A stretch of 64,000 nucleotides of DNA, from NCBI GenBank assembly GCA_050273025.1, contig CP158635.1:18290001-18354000 (forward strand), read 5' to 3'. A program made the position numbers and the translations under genes. The stretch comes from Cenococcum geophilum. Lineage: Eukaryota. Of this stretch, positions 1 through 12,348 are shown piece by piece (positions within the stretch are counted from its first letter, which is position 1; every line of letters starts with the position of its first letter). The notes under the pieces are model-generated. The model saw only the letters and a program-made list of their open reading frames with translations, was not told the origin of the DNA and made no database searches.

Positions 1-54
1 AGGATACCCCCTAAAGCAACACCCTATATATACCCCTTAAGCAACACTACTAGG

Positions 55-350
55 GCTCTATACGAGGCTTTATATATATAAAGCTCTACACGAAGCTCTA
101 TACAAAGCTCTACACGAAACTCTATATAAAGCTCTACACAAAATTTATACGAAGCTCTATACAAGGCTTTGTATAAAGCTTTGTATAAGGCTCTACACAA
201 AGCTTTACACAAAGCTTTACGCATAAAGGCTCTGTATAAGGCTCTACACAAGGCTCTACGCAAAGCTTTATATACGGAGGCTCTATACAAAGCTCTACAC
301 GAGGCTCTACGCGAAGCTCTGCGTACAAAGGCTCTATACGAAGCTCCGTA
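55..350. repeat. 12-bp minisatellite (AAGCTCTRCACG-type), RIP-eroded
   Basis: Recurring aagctctacac/aagctctatac units. Same unit as 11880-12292 and 18752-19147. Explains the overlapping low-complexity ORFs at 24-369. Confidence 0.9.
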
Positions 351-499
351 TAATATATATTACTATTAGGTCCCCACTATATTCCTAATAGCCCTACACG
401 TGCCTCTGTCAAGCTACCCCCTTTATAGCTACCTTATTTTTTACCCTTCCTTATATCCTCCCTACCTTAGGAGGTACTAGAACGGCAGCTAGTAGAGAA

Positions 500-740
500 C
501 CGTCGCTAGAACTAGACGTCTATTGCTAGAACTATATAACCGTCACTAGAACTAGATAACCGTTGCTAGAACTAGATAACCGTCCTAAAGCTAGACGACC
601 GTTACTAGAACTAGATAACCGTTACTAGAACCAGACAACCGTTACTAAAACTAGACAACCGTTACCAGAACTAGATAATCGTTACTAAAACTAGACGACT
701 ATTACCAGAACCATACGACCGTTACTAGAACTAGATAACG
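500..740. repeat. 20-bp tandem repeat (GTTACTAGAACTAGATAACC)
   Basis: About 12 consecutive units in register, differing mainly by transitions. Confidence 0.9.
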
Positions 741-1634
741 ACCTTTTAAAATAACCAGCTAGCGAATACTATAAACGATTTAATTAATTAATCGATCGAA
801 TTAAACCAGAGCTTTAATATTGGCCTATTACCGAATCGAACTAAGGCCTCCTAGGGAGGCACCCTAGACGACTACCGTTCGAATATACAGCTAATAAATG
901 GCCGTAGAGAACAATCTAAATCAATTAGAGCCTTTAATCGGGCCGACCCCTCCCCTAAATTAAATTAGATACTAATATAGGCAGGTAGGTAGGCAGGCAG
1001 ATAGGTAGGTAAGTAGGTAGGTAGGAGAGGACCGTCGCTAGAACTATCCCTTAACCCGTCAACTTGGGCACGCAGGTTATCGATAAGAGTCCACCAATCA
1101 GATCGGTAGGATTCGGTAGCCGTGCTTAGGAATATACAATTCGGGGAGTGGCCAAGGCTTCTGGGGGGTTTTTTTCGCCGTCTTATTTGGGGGAATCTTA
1201 TACTGAGTCTTCTAAACAGGATCTACATCAATTCTAGCGTGATTAGAAGGCATGGTGGTGGTATATTTAATGGTTTAATTCTACGCGTTGTTCTGATTCT
1301 GGTGTTCGCGCACGGGCCTTCCACTCTGCTCGCCCTAACGGGTCAAGGGATACGACCGTCGCCGTCACCAGACAATAATCGTTTAAACGACTAGCTAGTA
1401 AACACCACGATTAATTTAATCGATTGATCGAATCGAACTAGAGCCTTAATATTACCCTATTACCGAATTAAATCGAATTAGGGCCTCTTGGAGAGGCACC
1501 CTAGATAACTATTATTTAAATATATAGCCAGCAAACGCCCATAGAGAACAATTTAAATTAATATAATTAATTATAATTAAATTAAGCAGAGCCTTTAATC
1601 GGGCCGACTTCTCCCCTAAATAATAGATATAAAT

Positions 1635-1881
1635 AGGTAGGTATAGATAAGTAGGCATAACAGGTAGGCATAGATAGGTAGGCATAGACAGGTAGGCACA
1701 AACAGGTAAGTATAAATAGGTAGGCACAGATAGGTACAGGTAGGTAGGTAGGTAGGTAGGCAGGTAGGCAGGCAAGTAGGCAGGTAGGTAAGTAGGTAGG
1801 TAGGTAGGCAGGCAGGTAGGTAGGCAAGTAGGTAGGTAGGCAGGTAGGCAAGTAGGTAGGCAGGCAGGTAGGTAGGCAGGC
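1635..1881. repeat. (GGTA/GGCA)n microsatellite
   Basis: Visible tetranucleotide array; a shorter copy lies at ~979-1025. Confidence 0.9.
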
Positions 1882-2202
1882 ACTAGGCCTAGTTAGGAAA
1901 TCAGTACACAACCGGCGGATTATCGGGAATACCGCCAATTAACGATTTGGAGCCTCTGCGAAGGCTTCCCCCTTAATTAATCGCTTAACGCCCGAGCGAT
2001 CGTCCCCTTAGAATAACGTAGGGCTTCTATAATAGATACAGACACAAACACAGGTAGTAGGCAGGAAGGATTGATTTGGACTATTTAGATTCCTTATATA
2101 TAGAATAACGCCTAAAATTAAACTGGTTTTTATACTTATTAGCTAGCTATAAATACTAGAGCATTAATATACCTTATTTTTAAAATTTAAAATTTAATTA
2201 TT

Positions 2203-2370
2203 GTCCTAATTGTCCTAATTGTCCTAATAGTCCTAACAGTCCTAATGGTCCTAGAGGTCTTGGAGGTCCTAATAGTCCTAGAGGTCTTAGAGGTCCTAGA
2301 GGTCCTAATGGTCCTAGAGGTCCTAGAGGTCCTAGAGGTCCTAAAAGTCCTAATAGTCCGGGCGGTCCGA
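2203..2370. repeat. 9-bp tandem repeat (GTCCTAATN/GTCCTAGAG)
   Basis: Visible periodic gtcctaatt/gtcctagag units. Confidence 0.85.
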
Positions 2371-2479
2371 GCGACCTCCTAATAGGAAGCCGAGTATAAG
2401 TGTCTCCTGGAGCTCCTAACAGCCCTAATAGGAGCTATTAGGAACCTATTAGTACTATTAGGAGGTATAAACATTTTCC

Positions 2480-2732
2480 TGATATAGGGACTATGGTCCT
2501 TTAAATACACAACCGTACTCCTAAGAAATCCCCTTTATACGTAAGGTACGTGTTATACATATTATACGTACATTCCCTTTATATACTGCGTATAACGTTA
2601 TATAACCTTAGTTACTATTCCTTATTATATAGCTCTATCGGCTCCATCCTAGACCGTGCCTAAATTAACTAACTAGCTTCTTCCGACTCCTCTCTAAGTA
2701 GTTATAACATTGTACTTAAAGCGTCTATAACA
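2480..2732 (-). mobile_element. LTR fragment related to the gypsy-A LTR family
   Basis: Aligns by eye with 63670-63929 (ttaaatacacaaccgtactc...gtacttaaagcgtctataaca). The central part has diverged and no clean TSD is present. Confidence 0.75.
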
Positions 2733-3233
2733 CTAGTCCTAAAATAAGCTAAATCTAATACACTAAATATAGATATAGTTAACCTTCCTAAAAATAGGTT
2801 CTAGTTCCTAGAACTAGATCTAATTTTTAAAATTACGCCCCTTTTTATAGTAGTTAATTAGCCTATATCTAAAACAGGAATTAGGATCTAGTCTCTAGAA
2901 TTAAATCTAGTTTTTAGGATTATAATTTAAGCTAGAACCTAGAATTAAGATATAGTCTTTAAAATTAAAATATAGTCTTTAGAATCGGATCTAGTTCTTA
3001 AAATAAGATCTTATTTTTAGTTAAAACTTAGGCCAATATTAAGGGGTATATCCAATATTTATTCTTAATATTCCCACCCCATTAATATAAAATTTAGAGC
3101 CAACTCGCACCCTAGTTACCCCATAAAACGTAGGCTATTAATTATCTAGTACTATAGTAATATATCTAAAGTAAAGGTCACTACTAAGGTCAAATCGAGC
3201 TATAAATAAGAATTTTTAAAAGTAAAAGGAACC

Positions 3234-4391
3234 TGTATAATTACAGCACCTGTTATACCAACCGCGTGCTTACTCGTTTGGTACACCAACTACGCGTTTA
3301 CGCGTTTGGTGCACTAACCACCCGCTTACGCGTCTAGTGCACCCCTAAAGTACTGACTAATTAGGGGGAGGTCGCATTAGTGTATAGACCACGTAGTCTG
3401 CTTTAATATAAGAGACAGTTACCATTATCCTAAAGAGCATACAATACTATACGTATTTCGTGCCCTAGGATAGAAGTCTCCGCCAGATCATGCACGCCGC
3501 TAAGTCATGCACGCTTTCCAATATTTTTATATTTAAAAACTACCCTTTGAACAAAATGACCTAAAATTTAAATATAGTATATTTAAATATATAAAGTTTT
3601 GCAAAAAAATATAAAATATAAAAAAACTAGTAAATATGTTAAATTATTAAATTGTTAAACTTTTATATTAGTAAAGTAATAAGTTATTAAAATGATTTAA
3701 TTTTAATTCAATTTTAATTTTTGATACTTTTATTAAAGTATATTAATTCAATTTTTAAAAAAAGTCAACAAAATTTTATATTATTTATAATAAAATTATA
3801 ATTTAATAAGAATTTTTTTAAAAAATTATAAAAAATTATAAAAAAATGATAGATAATATAAAAATATAACTAAATATAGTTTTATTGTAAATTACAATTA
3901 TAATATATTATATTAAAAATATTTTTTGTAATATTAAAGTAATATTTATAATTTAAAAATAGAAATATATACTTTTTGTTAAATATTAATATAAATAATT
4001 CAATTATATAATTATAAAGCTTAAAATATTATAAAAACTTTTAATTATTTAATATATATATAAAATAAAATAATTTAGTTTAATAATAAGTAGTATATAA
4101 TTGTTATTAACAGTTATATTTAATATTAAATTTAGTATTTAATAAACTTAGTTTTTAATATGCATATATTACAATTTTATAATTTTTATTTCATAAAATA
4201 ATATATTTACTATTTAATAAATTATATTTAAAATTTTATATTAATATCTTTTATAATTATTAAGTTATAAGCTTTTTAAAAAGGTGTATTTTAATATATT
4301 TTGGTGGGGTTGGACCGTGCATTTCCTGGCGGCGTGCATTTCCTGGCGGAGACTTCTATAACTTACTTATACTATTAAGTTGGTATAAACA
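3234..4391 (+). repeat. 5' LTR of element D, split by a MITE
   Basis: Removing 3473-4358 gives 272 bp collinear with 21691-21962. Confidence 0.93.
3473..4356. mobile_element. Non-autonomous Tc1/mariner-type TIR element (MITE-like, 884 bp)
   Basis: TIRs GAAGTCTCCGCCAG...CTGGCGGAGACTTC with internal repeated ATGCACG motifs. TA TSD at 3471-3472 and 4357-4358. The empty site is visible in the 3' LTR (gggaTAtaac). The interior is extremely AT-rich. Confidence 0.9.
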
Positions 4392-4435
4392 CTAATCAGT
4401 AAGCGCGCATAGATCAGCAATCACTCGATACCTTC

Positions 4436-4617
4436 TGTCACGGCACTGACCTGACGCGTTGTTATGGCTACGCGTATGCATGAGCACGGACCTGACCCCT
4501 GAGCGACGTGTATATATACCACCTTACCTCCTACATAGATCCTCACACGACATCGTTTGTCAATGATATACAGTCACCTCGTACATCGTACCTTGACAGT
4601 CCGCACGTACTGTGACA
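4436..4617. mobile_element. Solo LTR (182 bp)
   Basis: TGTCAC...GTGACA termini, internal TATATATA, 5-bp TSD CCTTC at 4431-4435 and 4618-4622. Confidence 0.9.
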
Positions 4618-5029
4618 CCTTCCCCGAGCGATACTCGACAGCGACTACCCGTTTAGACTCCTAGTACGACCTACTAAAAGGTCGGAAGTTGGGGATTACG
4701 GACTATCACTAATTTTGTATACTTATTTAAGTCTTAGTACGGTTTACCGGAAGTTTATAGACGCGAATATAAACCCTTATAAAACCCCCTATCCTTAACC
4801 CCCTCGAACCTTAAACCCCTCCGGACCTCTTATGGAAACCCCCTACCCTTTTATAAAACGTTACAGACCCGTTAATCGCCTTTACGGACCACTATAAGAC
4901 CTCTCGAACCGTTACGGACCCGCTAATCAATTTTACGGACCGTTATAAGACCTCCTCCACCCGCTACAAGCTATTACCACCCACTATAGCTTATACAGAC
5001 ATACTACGCTATATAACATAGCAGATATA

Positions 5030-5430
5030 ACTAAGCAAATTAGTGAAGGTTAAAAGAAGTGGAGTTAGGGAGTCGACCTTACGTCTATAAGCGACGTTAA
5101 CGACTATATTAAGTTTAAAATCGTTAAATACGGATATTTTAAGCTTATAAACAATGACGACTTATAGGAGCAATACTAGGAAGACTTTGTAGACTTTACG
5201 GAAGCTACTTTTAAGGCTTATAACCGTATAGCTACCTATAACTTACGAACCCTTTTACGTCACTAAGGTGTATAGGTTAATAAGCGAGTTACTATTACAC
5301 AGTCTTTATACGATATATTATGCGAGGAGGACCAAACGAAATGGACTAAAGAGGAAGTCCTAGACCATATCAATACCAATAGATTCTTTACTTCTTGTAA
5401 ACTTAACGAGATCTTTATAGGACCTTTAAT
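5030..5430 (+). pseudogene. gag: gag N-terminal remnant of element D (continues 10866-11241 and 19573-20540)
   Basis: Reads ..EDFVDFTEATFKAYNRIATYNLRTLLRH*GV*VNKRVTITQSLYDILCEEDQTKWTKEEV with RIP stops. Confidence 0.7.
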
Positions 5431-5435
5431 ATATA

Positions 5436-8400
5436 TATTGGCTACGGAGGTAGCCTTACTACAGAGGTGCGACGGGTGCTGTTTGATATCAGTTTTAACC
5501 TGTATTATTACTCTCTAGGGACCCCTATAGGGGGTCAATTCTCTTATATATATTAGGGCTTTTAGAGCCACCTTAAATAAGACAGATTACTTGTATAATT
5601 CTGTATCTCTACCTACTAGCTAGCTTATATTATTTGTCTTAATACCTACCTAGCTGACAGTTATAAGCCTGGTAACCTTCTAAGCACTAGGGAGATCTTA
5701 GTGGCCAGACGACTACTACTAAGCCTCTTTAAGTATAGTTCGTTACGAAATATCGCGTGCTTTACGCGTAAGCGCGTCTCTTTACATAACCTTAAGAAAA
5801 TAATAAAAGCCACTATGGCACCTATAATAACGGACTCTACTAATCCTCTTTTGCTAACCTAGAAAGACTGGCCTATATAGTTTTAATTTATCCGCTAAAA
5901 AGCAAGTTTTGCGAAGATCTAGGACTATATTAACCCAGATAAGACGGAGAACGAAATTAAAGAAAATAATAAGCCAGCCATACCTTCGATAGCAGCAGCT
6001 CCTACAGCACCTGCAGTAGTAGCAGCAGCTTCTGTAACACTAGCAGTGGATTCTACAGCTCCTGCAGATCTAATAGTAACTCTAGTATCTACTGGAACAG
6101 CTATACCTAGGTTATCGAGTTAATAAGGATAACAAACTTAGCAACCTCTAGAGATATAGAGAATGCTCTTTAAGCTCTATAAGCTTTAATAACAAGATTA
6201 CCTAAAACGGGAAGAGAAGCTCTACACGTTTGCAGCATTTTTATATACCACCGTGGGCACCAACTTCTCTAGGTATCTCAAGAATCTTACTACACTACAT
6301 TCGGTTCTAAGACAGCTAAAGAAGGTAGTAAAGCCATTTTAAGCTACGTTGCAGCAAATGGTATTAGACGATCTTAAGAAACGGAAATAAGGGCCTAAAC
6401 GCCAGATACTGGAGTTATGGCTTTAGTTTTATATCACTATTATACAGAATGGCGAAGAGCTAGAGGAAGGGTTAATAGAGGTAACAGAGAGCAGCGTTAT
6501 ACGAGCCTTTATCTAGGACTATAAGGAAATCTGTCCAGCTCTATATTATGCCTTTATTTAAAAGGTAGTAAAAAGGTTAGAGAAGCTTAAAATGGCGATA
6601 ATAATTAAGGAATTTAACCTCCTTTATAAGCATCCGAATACGGGATATAACGCCTATACTATACTCTTAGGATAGCTATTTATAGATCCTACGACGTTTA
6701 CTACCCTAGTACCTTCTTAATTACCTAAGGCAAAGTGCTTTGCTTGTGGTTTACCCTATAAGTTAAAGAACTGCAAGTAACTGTTTTAGTCTCTTTAAGG
6801 TCCGAACTTTATACCGAATAACGGTTATTTAAGGAAGTGTTAAGAATAGCTTAAGGTCCTAATAAATAAGCAGTATTATAACAAAAGGCTTAAGTAGATT
6901 AAGCAGGAAGGTCCTAGGTTAAGGACGTCTCCGTTAGCTTCGTCTACTACTAAAAAGATTAAGGATCTAGACAGGCCCTGAGCTATAGCGGCTGCTGTAT
7001 TAATATCCTTCTTATTATTATCATCGCACGATTACCTAAATCTGTCGTTGATTAATGCCTAGGGGTACAACACTATGGTAGACACCCACTTCTATAACAA
7101 TATTAGATACTTCCGTAACTTTAAGCTAAGTATGTCTATAGCAATAGCTAGAGATTCTGGGGCAGAAATCTATGGATACGGTGATATTAACTTAGCAATT
7201 AAGGTGGGAAAATAACGCCTAACTTGGTATCTGACATTAAGGAACATAGCGTATACTCCCTATTTTTATACCAATCTAATATCCGCAGCAAAGCTCTGTA
7301 GGGTTAAAGTAATTATTAACTAATTTATAAATTATCTGCGCTATAGGGATAACGGAAGCCTATTTACTAACCTTATAGAATACGGAGGTCTCTATCTTAT
7401 TAATGCCATTACCTACTTACTACCTACTCCTACTACCTACGCTACTTCCACCAGATTCTTTAAGACCTTAGCATATAATAAAGTATAGCATTAACGCTTA
7501 CTATACTATGATATGGAGTTAGTGGATTATCTGCTAACTGCGGCAGATGGGGTTAAAGTGGTTAAGACGGACAGAGGAAGAACTCTATATAGTGTACCAC
7601 TTTGTAAACTATATGTTCTAGGAAAAATAACTTAGCAGATATCTTGTAGAATATTAATAAAGGGAACCTACCCTTTTAAACGTGTTTACTTTAATGTTAT
7701 TATAAAAGAAGACGGGTTTAATAGAGATACGTATATAGCTTACTTTTAGTATAACTATACAAAGTACTATTATGCTTTTCCTATTAAGAACTATGAGTAA
7801 GAGATACTACTCCTACTCTTTAAATCAATGATAGCATTTATAAAGAAATTTAATGCTTAAGGTATCCGTATTTAGTATATGGATAAGAAGTAAGATATAG
7901 GCGCTAGGGTAAAGAATCTTATCTAACTTAATGGAGGTGTTATTAAGCAATTAATACTATATACTTTAGCTTAAAATGGACCTATAAAGAGGTTAGGAAG
8001 AGCCATTTTTAAATAAGTAAGGACTATTGTTATTAAAGCAAAGTTACCCGTGGATCTATGGCCCGAGTTTGTGCTTTTAGTAGTATTCCTACTTAATCGA
8101 ACTCCTATTAAGTCCATTGACTAAAAGACCCTATTTAAGATACTTTATAAATGGAAGCTATAGCTAGTAGGACTTTATATAGCCGGATCTTTAACCTACG
8201 TGCTTATTAAATACGGCATTCCTAGGAAGGCAAAGTTTAAGCTATAAGCCTAAATAGGTTATCTTATTGGTATAGAAGCGTTAAATATCTATAGGATATA
8301 GATACTAACCACCAACCGTATTATCCGATCTCGTGATGTACAAATTAATAAGTTAAAGAGATATTAATCTCCCGAAACACTAGAACACCTTATTATCTTA

Positions 8401-10860
8401 TAGGCTTAAAAGAACTGTTTTTAACAAGTCTAGGACCTACTAGATAATCTTTAAGATGGCAGTAAGGACTAAATGGAGAACTTTAACAAAGAACTAGATA
8501 TAGGACTACCGCATTTAGCAAATATTAACGTTACTCCTATATTAAAAAGCATTCAGATCTTAATAGAAGAACTCCGTTAGCTACCTACCCCGGAGCTAAC
8601 TTTAGAACCGTTTAAACTATTAGCGTCTTCGGCGCCTTAGCAATTACCATCTACCGTAGTATCTACTTTATAGATATTATCTACCACTCGGTCATCTTCT
8701 GAAGTCACTAAACCACCGTTTATAGATCCTATACCTCGTTCCGAACCTTAGATGATAGCAGGCTCATCGTTAGGGGGTAAGAGACGTTCTGGCCGTGAAA
8801 AGTGGCCTACAGTAAAGAAGAAAGATATGCTAAATTAGGATCTACAATAACGAGCCTTTGCGGTTTAAATTAATAACGGTGATGATATTATTAATTTAGA
8901 TACGATACCATTGGCTTACGCTTTCTATACTGCTGCTATAAAGACGTACAGACATCGAGACGATTTTCCACCACCACTAAAGTTATGGAAAGAGATGCTT
9001 AATTATAAGTACGCTATAGAATTCAAAGCAGCTGCTTATACCGAGATAAGGGCCTTAACTAGAAAACAGACCTGGGACGAGGTACGACTAATTGGGAAGG
9101 TCCATCAACTTCCTACTATGTAGGTCTTTACGTATAAGGAAGATTTAGACGGCTTTATTATGAGATTTAAGGCTCGTCTAGTCGTCTGCGGAGACCTTTA
9201 AGTAGTCTCACAAGAGGAGGTTAAAGCTATAACGGCAGCCTATTGAACCTTCCGTCTACTATGCGCTCTTATCGCTGGCTTCGACCTCGATGTTATATAG
9301 ATTAACGCCGTTAACGCCTTCGTTAATGCCTTGGTTAACGATAAGGTCTACCTTATTCCCCCTAAGGGTATAGACCTACCGCCTGGATTCTCTCTCTGTC
9401 TAAGAAAGGTAATGTACGGACTACGGAAATCTCCTAAATTGTGGTTTTTAGAAATGTCTGCTGCTCTACGAAGTATAGGTTTAAAAGCGGTACTAGACGA
9501 GCTGTGTCTATATATTTACCCTACTAAACCTATCTTTATATTCTTTTATGTTGACGATATCCTAATTGTAGGACACCCGAGCTGTTATTAGCAGATAGAG
9601 GACATCCTAAAGTAGCTATAAGATCGATTCGAGATACGCCAAATACCTTAATTCACCTTATTCCTAAACACTCGTGTTATACGAGATTGATAAAAGGGAA
9701 AGCTCTAGCTCTGTCTAGATTAGTATCTTAAGAAGCTAGTCTTAATATACCATCTAGAATATCTAAAGCTATTAGCTACACCACTATCGGGCCAGGAATT
9801 AATACTATATAAGGGAGAAGCTACGCCGAATTAGATAAAAGGATATTAACGCTATATAGGTTTTATAACATATCCGGCATCTACTATACAACTAGACGTC
9901 GCCTTTTTAGTTAGTAGGCTGGCTAAGTTTTTATAAAATCCGTTGCCAGCTTATTTAGCGGAGATTAACTAACTACTTACCTATCTATATAATACCAGAT
10001 ACCTCGCTCTTAAGTTCTCTACTATTATGCTATATAAGATAAACTAGGTTCTAAAAGCTGCTTTTAATGCCAGCTTTGCTAACAATACTCTAACATGTTA
10101 GAGCTTATAGGGTTTCTTAATAAGCTTATTTAATGGGCCTATAGCATGGCAGGTAACTAGATAAAAGGTAGTTATTAAGTTTACTACGGAGGTAGAACTC
10201 CTAGCTCTCTTATATATTAGTAGGGAGGTTAAGTATATGGTTTAGATCTTTAAAGCTATTAGATTCGACCCAGAACAGGACATTATTATTAATTGTAATA
10301 ATTAGCAGTTAGTATGGATCGTGACGAAAGAGACCCCTACGGTATCTATAAAACTTTAATATATAGATATCTATTAGTTCTGGCTTCGCCAGGAGGTCTA
10401 AAACGGAAGCTTTGTTGTACAATGGGTACTAACGAGTAAGATAGCTGCAGATGGACTAACTAAAGCTCTCTTAAAGCAAAATTATTAAAAGTTCGTCAAA
10501 GTAGTAGGGCTCCGCGATATCAGATATCTGGTTAATTGACGCTTGGATAACAGCAAAGCTCACTACCAGCTCGTCTATCCCGACTGCCTAATCCGGTAAT
10601 CTAGCTCTGCCGCTCTGCGTCAGATCTAAGGGGGTGTGTTGGCCACGGAGGTAGCCTTACTACAGAGGTGCGACGGGTGCTGTTCGACATTAGTTTTAAC
10701 CTATATCATCACTCTCTAGGGACCCCTGTAGGGGGTCAATTCTCTTATGTATATTAGGGCTCTTAGAGCCACCTTAAATAAGACAGATCACTTGTATAAT
10801 TCTGCGTCTCTACCTACCAGCTAGCTTATGTCATTTGTCTTAATACCTGCCTGGCTGACA
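5436..10860 (+). mobile_element. Element E: full-length RIP-inactivated Ty1/Copia LTR retrotransposon
   Basis: 224-bp LTRs at 5436-5659 and 10637-10860. TSD ATATA. PBS-like GTTATAAGCC (cf. copia GGTTATGAGCC). PPT AAGGGGGTG before the 3' LTR. Confidence 0.95.
5815..10539 (+). pseudogene. pol: Copia gag-pol polyprotein of element E (many premature stops)
   Basis: ATG at 5815 and TGA at 10537 are in frame with RT YVDD (9547-9558). Other motifs: integrase-region LWPE..LNRTP, FKARLVVCG, MYGLRKSPKLW, RNase H AADGLTK. The IN-RT-RH order is that of Copia. Confidence 0.9.
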
Positions 10861-11879
10861 ATATATAAATCCACCATTACCTAGAGAAATAGGACTTTTG
10901 CTATACATAACGTCACATTCTTAATTTGCTTAGCAGCCTACTCAGCAGCCTGCCTAGTAGTATAACCCTCGGCAGCTTGGCCAACAGCAGTATACCCTAT
11001 AGCAGAACGGTTCTACGGAACGTCCTAGGGGGGTGGTTATACCAAAGGAAGAGCTGGACAAGACGTTAAAGGAAGAGACTATTGAGACGTTAGATAAGGA
11101 CGAGACGTAGGTAGACTCTGGTGGAAATCGACAGGTAGACTCCAGCGGAAATTAAGATTAAGCGACTGGTTAAGAAGAGCTTAACCCCTAAGACGATGAC
11201 GTAATAGGCCCATAAGCCTCGAAGGACGATCCTCTACTTAATTATCTCGGTCCCAGACGATCAACCAATCATAAGCTGCTTACATAACAGATTAATCATC
11301 TTATGTTGTTGTCGTCTGGTACACGGTTCGGAAATTTGTTAGTCCCTTGCGCCGATTTGTATGTAATTCTTATACAAACTCGCGCGCCATACTAAATTCT
11401 TTAGCTATTAATCAACAACGAACCAACGCCCTTATAAATAATCGGCCAACGTTATATTCTAGAACTTTATAGGGCGATTCTAATGCTACTAAAATTATTG
11501 TGATCGGCCTGGTGGTTACTACTACATTTCGCCTTAAATAAGCGAATCTCCTCTTTAAAGCTCTGCTTAAAACTCTACTACTATTAATTAATAATAAACT
11601 AACGCCTTTATAGATAATCGGCCAACGTTATATTCTAGAGCTTTATAAGGCAATTCTAACGCTGCTAAAATTATTATAAACGGCGTTATGGTTACTGCTA
11701 CATTTTGCCTTAAATATTACCACTAAAATAGTAAATATTTAGCCAGAGCTATTAACCATTACCAATCCTTAACATTTAACCTCCTATATTAATATTTATA
11801 GTAGATAAATACCTAAATAGCTAATGTATTGTATCTAGACTAACTCTGGGCCTTATTACCTGCTTTATTGCTCTTCCGC

Positions 11880-12292
11880 TGCCTGCATAAACGCCTGCAC
11901 GAAAGCCTGCACGAAAGCCTGCACGAAGCCTGCACGAAGCCTGCACGACGTCTGCACGAACGCCTGCACGAATACAAACTCTATATAAAGCTCTGCACAA
12001 GGCTCTGCACGAGGCTCTGCTTAAAGCTCCGGTCGAAGCTCCGGTCGAAGCTCTGGTCGAAGCTCCGGTCGAAGCTCTAGTCGAAGCTCTGGTCGAAGCT
12101 CTGGTCGAAGCTCTGGCCGAAGCTCTGGCCGAAGCTCTGCTCGAAGCTCTGGCCGAAGCTCTGCTCGAAGCTCTGCTCGAAGCTCTGCTCGAAGCTCTGC
12201 TCGAAGCTCTATACAAGGCTCTGCTCAAAGCTCTGCACAACGCTCTGCTCGAAGCTCTACTCAAAACCTTATATAGAGCTTTAAAGCTCTAC
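11880..12292. repeat. 12-bp minisatellite (AAGCTCTGCTCG/AAGCTCTGGTCG)
   Basis: Visible tandem array inside element F. Confidence 0.92.
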
Positions 12293-12348
12293 TAACACAG
12301 CACTAATATACTACGAAGGTTCTATAATTAGCTATATAACCACCTATA

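Noticed and set aside
24..369. Overlapping ORFs with [12 protein letters not shown] repeats (also 11821-12264 and 18731-19048)
   Set aside because: They are translations of the 12-bp minisatellite, open in several frames, with no evidence of being genes.
500..740. Possible CRISPR-like array
   Set aside because: Head-to-tail repeats without unique spacers, in a eukaryotic TE context.
1122..1394. 90-aa plus-strand ORF as a host gene
   Set aside because: Non-ATG start, no recognisable domain, embedded between repeat blocks.
1512..1938. PTYL/PACL-repeat ORFs
   Set aside because: Artefacts of the (GGTA/GGCA)n microsatellite.
2203..2370. Collagen-like Gly-Pro-X coding repeat
   Set aside because: No supporting ORF context; any 9-bp GGTCCT repeat gives this translation.
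2395..2732. Complete solo LTR with TSD
   Set aside because: Candidate flanks (CGAG vs CTAG) differ by a transversion and the left boundary is not homologous to the A LTR, so it is kept only as a fragment.
3540..4290. AT-rich tract as a mitochondrial insertion or centromere core
   Set aside because: It is exactly bounded by TIRs and a TA TSD, and no mitochondrial gene motif is recognisable.
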